In this document: one piece after another, positions 6,854 to 12,140 of the stretch | Layout: the number at the start of each line of letters is the position of its first letter | Numbering within the stretch: the first letter of the stretch is position 1 | Source: an uncultured Pseudomonadota bacterium | Lineage (GTDB): Bacteria > Myxococcota_A > Polyangia > Fen-1088 | Assembly (NCBI GenBank): GCA_963847705.1 | Contig: CAWKBC010000020.1 | Coordinates: 1 to 12,140 of the forward strand | DNA length: 12,140 bases | Reading direction: 5' to 3' | Notes under the pieces: generated by a model | Seen by the model: only the letters and a program-made list of their open reading frames with translations | Databases searched by the model: none | What the model was told of the DNA's origin: nothing | Program-made: the position numbers and the translations under genes

Positions 6854-6928
6854 AAATGACGGCGCGCGGGGAGATGACGCTGGCGTTCACGCGCGCCTGC
6901 TTCAGGAGTCAGACGGAAGGAGACCGCA

Positions 6929-7936
6929 GTGGAAAACGGAGCTCGTAGCCGGGTGGCGATCGCCTGCCAGGGGGGAGGGAGCCACACCGCCTTCACGGCG
7001 GGCGTCCTCGAGGGGCTGTTGACGCGCATCCCGGACGACATCGAGATCGTCGCGCTCTCGGGCACCTCGGGCGGGGCGATCTGCGCGACGCTGGCCTGGG
7101 ACGGCCTCCTCCGAAACGATCCGGCGCAGGCGGTGCGCAAGCTGCGGGGGTTCTGGGACGCGATGTCGGCCCGCGAACCCTTGGACAAGCTGGCCAATCA
7201 GTCGCTGATGAGCATGATGAGCCTCCGCGATCTGATGGTCTTGCCGGAGGTGAGCCCGTACAACCTGCCGCAGTGGGGCGAGGACAAGTTTCGCGCCATG
7301 CTGAACGACTACTTCAACTTCGAGGAGCTGCGGGCGCTCGCCCGGCGGCCGGGGGCGCCAGCCATCAAGATCGGGGCGGTGGAGGTGCTGAGCGGCCACT
7401 TCGAGCTCTTCGAGGGCGACGAGCTCTGTGCCGAGTGTCTGCTGGCCTCGGCGGCCATCCCGGAGATGTTCCGCGCGGTCAACGTGCCGGGGCGGGGGGT
7501 GTTCTGGGACGGTCTCTTCTCGCAGAACCCGCCCATTCACAACCTGGTGGAGCACCACATCGACGAGCTGTGGGTGATTCAGATCAACTCCAGCACCTGC
7601 GCCCGCGTCCCCACCGAGACCCACGAGATTCTCGATCGCCGGAACGCGCTCGCTGGAAATCTGTCGATGGAGCAGGAGCTGAAATTCATCGACACGATCA
7701 ACCGCGCCCTCGCCGAGCGGAAGATCCACGACTCCAAGTACCGACGGATTCGCGTCGCGCGCATTGCTCTGGATCGCGAGCTCAACTACCGGTCGAAGCT
7801 CGATCGCAGCCCCGAGCTGCTCTCCGAGCTCCGGGACTACGGGATCATGAAGTGGAAACGATTCGTCAAGGAGCGCACCGCCTGGATGGACGACACGCGC
7901 GCGCTCCGGATGGAATCGCAGCAGATGTCGGTCTGA
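6929..7936 (+). CDS. Patatin-like phospholipase/esterase (possible intracellular PHA depolymerase type)
   Basis: Oxyanion loop ACQGGGSHTAF, nucleophile elbow GTSGG (7061-7075), LASAAIP, and catalytic Asp in WDGLFSQNPP (7508). GTG start with AAGGAG at 6917-6922. Confidence 0.93.
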   Translation: MENGARSRVAIACQGGGSHTAFTAGVLEGLLTRIPDDIEIVALSGTSGGAICATLAWDGLLRNDPAQAVRKLRGFWDAMSAREPLDKLANQSLMSMMSLRDLMVLPEVSPYNLPQWGEDKFRAMLNDYFNFEELRALARRPGAPAIKIGAVEVLSGHFELFEGDELCAECLLASAAIPEMFRAVNVPGRGVFWDGLFSQNPPIHNLVEHHIDELWVIQINSSTCARVPTETHEILDRRNALAGNLSMEQELKFIDTINRALAERKIHDSKYRRIRVARIALDRELNYRSKLDRSPELLSELRDYGIMKWKRFVKERTAWMDDTRALRMESQQMSV

Positions 7937-7965
7937 GGCGGAGAACAGGGGAAAAGAGGGGGGCG

Positions 7966-8952
7966 ATGGGCATTCGAATTTCGGCCGTCGGGGGCTACGT
8001 TCCGAGCACGGTGGTCACCAACGAGGAACTGGCGCGGCGGGTCGACACCTCCGACGAGTGGATCGTCGCCAAGACCGGGATCCGGGAGCGTCGGTTCGCG
8101 GGGCCCGACGAGGCGCCCAGCGACATGGGGTGCGCGGCCGCCGAGCGCTGCCTGCGGAATGCGGCCGTCGACAGATCGGCGGTCGATCTCATCGTGGTGG
8201 CCTGCGCGACGCCCGACCAATCCCAACCGGCGGTGGCCTGCCTGATCCAGGAGAAGCTGGGGATCTCGGAGGGGAACTGCCCGGCCTTCGACGTGAACTC
8301 GGTCTGCTCCGGCTTCGTCTTCGCGCTCAGCGTGGCGCAGGGGATGATGCTCGCCGATCCCAAGGCCTACGCCAACGTGCTGGTCATCGGTGTCGATGCG
8401 TTCTCCAAGATCATGAACTGGAGCGACCGGCGCACCTGCGTCTTCTTCGGCGACGGGGCGGGGGCCGTTCTCCTCACGCACAGCGAGGACGACCGGCGGA
8501 TCCATTTCAAGCTGGGGAGTGACGGGCGCGGCAGCAAGACCATCGCGGTGCCGGCCGGCGGCACGCGCCTGCCGGTCGACGCGAACGTGCTCGAGAAGCG
8601 ATTGAACACCTTCACCATGGACGGCCCCAAGGTCTGGGAGTTCGCGGTGAGCTCCGTCCCGCGCGTCATCCGGGGCCTCCTGGCCGAGCACGATCTGGCG
8701 CCGGCGGACCTCGACCTCCTGGTCCTGCACCAGAGCAACCTCCGGATGATCGAGGCGATGATGAAGTCGCTCGAGCTTCCGCCCGACCGCTCGGTCAGCA
8801 CCATCGAAACCTACGGAAACACCGCGGCTGCCAGCATCCCCCTCACGCTGGAGAGGGCCTGGACCACCGGACGACTGCGGCCCGGAGCCAGGGTGTCGCT
8901 GTGCGGATTCGGCGGCGGCCTCTCCTGGGGCGCGGCGCTGCTCGAGTGGTGA
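7966..8952 (+). CDS. fabH: Beta-ketoacyl-ACP synthase III (FabH/KAS III family condensing enzyme)
   Basis: 328 aa from ATG 7966 behind a purine-rich RBS. Motifs DTSDEWI..KTGIRERR, catalytic Cys in DVNSVCSGF (8305), FGDGAGA, His in LHQSN, Asn in YGNTAAASIP, and GFGGGLSWG. Confidence 0.93.
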   Translation: MGIRISAVGGYVPSTVVTNEELARRVDTSDEWIVAKTGIRERRFAGPDEAPSDMGCAAAERCLRNAAVDRSAVDLIVVACATPDQSQPAVACLIQEKLGISEGNCPAFDVNSVCSGFVFALSVAQGMMLADPKAYANVLVIGVDAFSKIMNWSDRRTCVFFGDGAGAVLLTHSEDDRRIHFKLGSDGRGSKTIAVPAGGTRLPVDANVLEKRLNTFTMDGPKVWEFAVSSVPRVIRGLLAEHDLAPADLDLLVLHQSNLRMIEAMMKSLELPPDRSVSTIETYGNTAAASIPLTLERAWTTGRLRPGARVSLCGFGGGLSWGAALLEW

Positions 8953-9082
8953 CGGTGCAGCGGCGCCAGCCGACTCTGCGTCGCCCGACGGCGACAGAAC
9001 ATGAGCGCGCGGGGTCTCCCCCCGCCCGCCAGCACCGACCCGCGCGACCGGCGCGCGAGTCGGCGGCTGAAGTCCTCCGGGG

Positions 9083-11455
9083 TTAGGCGCGGGCCGTGGC
9101 TTCGCTGCCCGCCGCCGAACCTTCGGGTCCGGCGACGACGACCGGCACGGTCTCCAGCGTCAGCTCCAGCGCCTCGTCGATCTTCTTGACGAAGACGATG
9201 TCCATCTCGGCGCGGACGGTCTCCGGGATGTCGATGACGTCCTTGCGGTTGCGGTCGGGGAGCACCACCCGCTTGATGCCCGAGCGGTGGGCCGCCAGCA
9301 CCTTCTCCTTGATGCCGCCGACCGGCAGCACGGTGCCGCGCAGGGTGATCTCGCCGGTCATCGCCACGTCGCCGCGCACGCGCCGCCCGGTCAGGAGCGA
9401 CACCAACGCCACGGTGATGGCGACACCCGCCGACGGACCGTCCTTGGAGACAGCCCCCTGCGGGACGTGCAGGTGGATGTCCGTCCGCTCGAAGTCGGTG
9501 GTGATGCCGAGATCCTCCACGTGGGTGCGGACCCAGGAGAGGCCCGCGCGCGCCGACTCTTTCATCACGTCGCCGAGCTGTCCGGTGAGGATCAGGGTCC
9601 CCTTGCCGGGCATGGCAGACACCTCGATGAAGAGGATGTCGCCGCCGGTCGGTGTCCAGGCCAGCCCCGTCGAGACGCCCGGGATCTCCGTGCGCTCCGC
9701 AGCTTCGGAGTAGTACTGCTGCGGCCCCAGGATGTCGGAGATGGTCGCCGGCACCAGGTTGGGATCGTAGGGCTGGTTCTCCGCCACCTTCACCGCGACG
9801 TTGCGGATGACGCTGGCGATCTCGCGCTCCAGGTTGCGCACCCCCGCCTCGCGCGTGTACTGCTCGATGACGGTGTTGAGCGCCTCGTCGGAGAGCTTGA
9901 TCCGCTCCTCGTCCAGCCCGTGCTCGGCGACCTGCTTCGGCACCAGGTGGCGCTTGGCGATCTCCAGCTTCTCCTCGCGGGTGTAGCCAGGGATCTCCAG
10001 CACCTCCATGCGGTCGAGCAGCGCCGGCGGGATGGGGTCGAGCATGTTCGCCGTGGCGATGAAGATGACGTCGCTGAGGTCGAAGTTCACCTCCAGGTAG
10101 TGGTCGGAGAAGGTGGAGTTCTGCTCCGGGTCCAGCACCTCGAGGAGCGCGGCCGAGGGGTCGCCGCGGAAATCGGCGCCCAGCTTGTCGATCTCGTCGA
10201 GCATGAAGACCGGGTTGCGTGACCCGACCCGCCGCATCCCCTGGATGATTCGTCCGGGGAGCGCGCCGATGTAGGTCCGCCGGTGACCACGCACCTCGGC
10301 CTCGTCGCGCACGCCGCCCAAGGAGACGCGGATGAACTCACGTCCGAGCGAACGGGCGATCGACTTGCCGAGCGACGTCTTGCCGACGCCGGGAGGTCCG
10401 GCCAGACAGAGGATGGGCCCCTTTTTCCCGGGCGCCAGCTTGCGCACGGCCAGGTACTCGAGGATGCGCTTCTTCACCTTCTTGAGGTCGTAGTGATCGC
10501 TGTCGAGGATCTCCCGGGCCTGGTCGAGGTCGAGCCGGTCCTCGGTCCGCTTCGACCAGGGGAGCTCGACCAGCCACTCGAGGTAGGTCCGCTGGACCGT
10601 GTACTCCGCCGACGACTGGGCCATCTGCTTGAGACGATCGAGCTGCTTGCGCGCGGTCTTCTCGACCTCGGCCGGCATCTCGGCCGCCTTGATCTTCTCC
10701 TCGAACGCGTCGAGGTCGCTGGCGTCCTCGCCCTCGCCGAGCTCGTCTTGGATTGCCTTCAGCTTCTGGCGGAGCACCGCCTCGCGCTGGTGCTTGGAGA
10801 ACTCCTCGCGCACCTGCGAGTCGATCTTCTGCTTCACCTTGATCAGCTCCACCTTGCGCTGGAGCAAAACCAACAGGCGCCGCAGCCGCTCCGCCACATC
10901 GATCTCCACCAGCAGCGACGCGCGCTCCTCGGGCGAGAGATCGACGGTCGCCGCGACGATGTCGCCCAGACGGCCCGGATCCTTGTGCTGGTCGAGCACC
11001 TGCGCCGTCTCGTCCGGAATGTCGGGCGAGATGGCGATCAGCTGCTTGGCCACGTCGTAGACGGCCATGCCGAGGCCGTCGATCTCGATCGGGTCCTTGC
11101 GGATCTCGACCAGCGGCTCGTACGACGCGAGCAGGTAGGGTTTCTCCTGGACGAAGCCGGTCACGCGCCGCCGCTCGGTGCCGCGCAGAACCGCGGTCAC
11201 CCGGTTCTCGGCCGCCTTGACGATGCGAACGACCTCGCCTTCGACACAGATGGTGTAGAGATCGGCGCCTGCCGGCTCCTCGATGTCGGCGTCTTTCTGG
11301 GTACCGACGAGGACGCGTGCGCCCTTGCCGCCCAGCGCCTCGATGAGGCGCAGGGAGCTGGCGCGACCGATCTCGACCGGCATCACTGCTCCGGGGAACA
11401 GCACCAGGTTGCGGAGCGAGAGGAGCGGGAGGGTCTTTGTTGTGTCAGCGCTCAT
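9083..11455 (-). CDS. lon: ATP-dependent Lon protease (endopeptidase La, LonA)
   Basis: 790 aa. N-domain LPLLSLRNLVLFPG, Walker A GPPGVGKTS, RGHRRTYIGALPG, Walker B FMLDEIDK, catalytic Ser in KDGPSAG and Lys in VGGIKEK. RBS GAGGT lies upstream of the ATG. Confidence 0.98.
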   Translation of the reverse strand: MSADTTKTLPLLSLRNLVLFPGAVMPVEIGRASSLRLIEALGGKGARVLVGTQKDADIEEPAGADLYTICVEGEVVRIVKAAENRVTAVLRGTERRRVTGFVQEKPYLLASYEPLVEIRKDPIEIDGLGMAVYDVAKQLIAISPDIPDETAQVLDQHKDPGRLGDIVAATVDLSPEERASLLVEIDVAERLRRLLVLLQRKVELIKVKQKIDSQVREEFSKHQREAVLRQKLKAIQDELGEGEDASDLDAFEEKIKAAEMPAEVEKTARKQLDRLKQMAQSSAEYTVQRTYLEWLVELPWSKRTEDRLDLDQAREILDSDHYDLKKVKKRILEYLAVRKLAPGKKGPILCLAGPPGVGKTSLGKSIARSLGREFIRVSLGGVRDEAEVRGHRRTYIGALPGRIIQGMRRVGSRNPVFMLDEIDKLGADFRGDPSAALLEVLDPEQNSTFSDHYLEVNFDLSDVIFIATANMLDPIPPALLDRMEVLEIPGYTREEKLEIAKRHLVPKQVAEHGLDEERIKLSDEALNTVIEQYTREAGVRNLEREIASVIRNVAVKVAENQPYDPNLVPATISDILGPQQYYSEAAERTEIPGVSTGLAWTPTGGDILFIEVSAMPGKGTLILTGQLGDVMKESARAGLSWVRTHVEDLGITTDFERTDIHLHVPQGAVSKDGPSAGVAITVALVSLLTGRRVRGDVAMTGEITLRGTVLPVGGIKEKVLAAHRSGIKRVVLPDRNRKDVIDIPETVRAEMDIVFVKKIDEALELTLETVPVVVAGPEGSAAGSEATARA

Positions 11456-11490
11456 GGATGGTTGACCTCTGCTTTAGGATGCCGCGGGGT

Positions 11491-11514
11491 GAAAAAGGTA
11501 TAACAGATTTGTTT
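11491..11514 (-). promoter_or_regulatory. AT-rich putative promoter of lon (extended -10-like TGtTATACC)
   Basis: The minus strand reads AAACAAATCTGTTATACCTTTTTC, the most AT-rich patch in the window, about 40 nt upstream of the lon ATG. Confidence 0.4.
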
Positions 11515-11546
11515 CGCGGAACTGGGAGGGGGGCGGTGGCGAGCGA

Positions 11547-12140
11547 TCAAAATCGGCGCACCTCTCCTCCGGCGGTTCGGCGAGCGAGCTCTTCGATCAG
11601 CCTCCGAGTCTCGGCGTCGTCGGGGCTGACCTTGGGCGCCATGATCTCGACGCGGCAGAGCTGATCGCCGCGCGAGCCGTCGGCGTTCTTGACACCGCGA
11701 CCGCGCAAGCGCAGCCGGGCGCCGCTCGACGTGCCGGGCGGCACCGTGACGGTGACACGCCCCTCGACCGTGGGGACCTCGATCTTGGCGCCCAGCGCCG
11801 CTTCGGCGAAGGTCACCGGCAGGTCGAGCTCGATGTCCGACTCGCGCCGCCGCAAGAAGGGATCCGGGCGGACCTCGATGTCGAGGTAGAGATCGCCGGG
11901 CGTGCCGTTGCGCGCGGGGGCCGGGGCACCCTGTCCGGGCAGACGGAGCCGCCCGCCCTCTTCGACGCCTGGTGGGATGCTCACCTCGACGGCGGTGCCG
12001 CTGCCGGTGCGGACCGTGCGCTTGCCGCCCAGCGCCGACTCGATGAAGCTGACCTCCATCCGGCCTTCGACGTCGCTCCCCCGCGCGGGGCGCGTCCGCT
12101 GCCGTCGCGGATCGAAGCCGCCCCCCGGAGCGCCGCCGCC
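11547..12140 (-). CDS. DnaJ class II / CbpA-like chaperone, C-terminal part (5' end lies outside the window)
   Basis: The frame is open to the window edge: GGGAPGGGFDP...RGSDVEGRMEVSFIESALG, IPPGVEEG..LRLPGQG, GDLYL, EAALGAKIEVPTVEG, PPGTSSG..LRLRGRG. The G/F-rich region joins the C-domain with no CxxCxGxG zinc finger. Confidence 0.92.
   Translation of the reverse strand, partial: GGGAPGGGFDPRRQRTRPARGSDVEGRMEVSFIESALGGKRTVRTGSGTAVEVSIPPGVEEGGRLRLPGQGAPAPARNGTPGDLYLDIEVRPDPFLRRRESDIELDLPVTFAEAALGAKIEVPTVEGRVTVTVPPGTSSGARLRLRGRGVKNADGSRGDQLCRVEIMAPKVSPDDAETRRLIEELARRTAGGEVRRF

Noticed and set aside
7273-7965. Apparent 231-aa N-terminal extension of FabH (ORF 7273-8952), suggesting a fusion or frameshift with the patatin
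   Set aside because: The extension is an off-frame read of the patatin gene. The patatin has its own stop at 7936, and FabH has its own RBS and ATG at 7966.
257-11503. Many long alternative-frame and antisense ORFs (e.g. 257-1249, 325-1242, 1520-2905, 2453-3769, 3766-5064, 5044-5988, 9287-10222, 10283-11503)
   Set aside because: They are Arg/Pro/Gly/Ala-rich shadow ORFs expected in high-GC DNA, they overlap genes with clear family motifs, and they carry no motifs of their own.
1-12140. CRISPR array, tRNA/rRNA, IS or integrase, defence genes
   Set aside because: I saw no regularly spaced repeats, RNA gene signatures, or transposase/recombinase motifs. The 13-bp inverted repeat has no flanking target-site duplication that would indicate a MITE.

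Overview
This is a very GC-rich bacterial window (roughly 70% by eye; Myxococcota-like by inference only) containing ten genes. From left to right: (1-2) a head-to-head pair of full-length paralogous PAP2-superfamily membrane proteins of the AUR1/IPC-synthase-like type, separated by a short spacer carrying a perfect 13-bp inverted repeat; (3-4) a minus-strand, translationally coupled pair encoding a secreted Zn-dependent phospholipase C-like protein with a probable C-terminal outer-membrane beta-barrel, followed by a YihY/BrkB membrane protein; (5-8) a plus-strand run of mscS, a phasin-like protein, a patatin-like hydrolase and a FabH/KAS III enzyme; (9-10) housekeeping lon and a 5'-truncated class II dnaJ/cbpA-like gene on the minus strand. 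The best candidates for something undescribed are the PLC-beta-barrel fusion coupled to yihY, the inverted PAP2 duplication with its mirrored promoter element, and a phasin-patatin-KAS III storage-lipid/PHA module whose KAS III has some NphT7-like residues. I saw no RNA genes, CRISPR arrays or mobile elements. All family calls come from reading motifs by eye; no searches were run.
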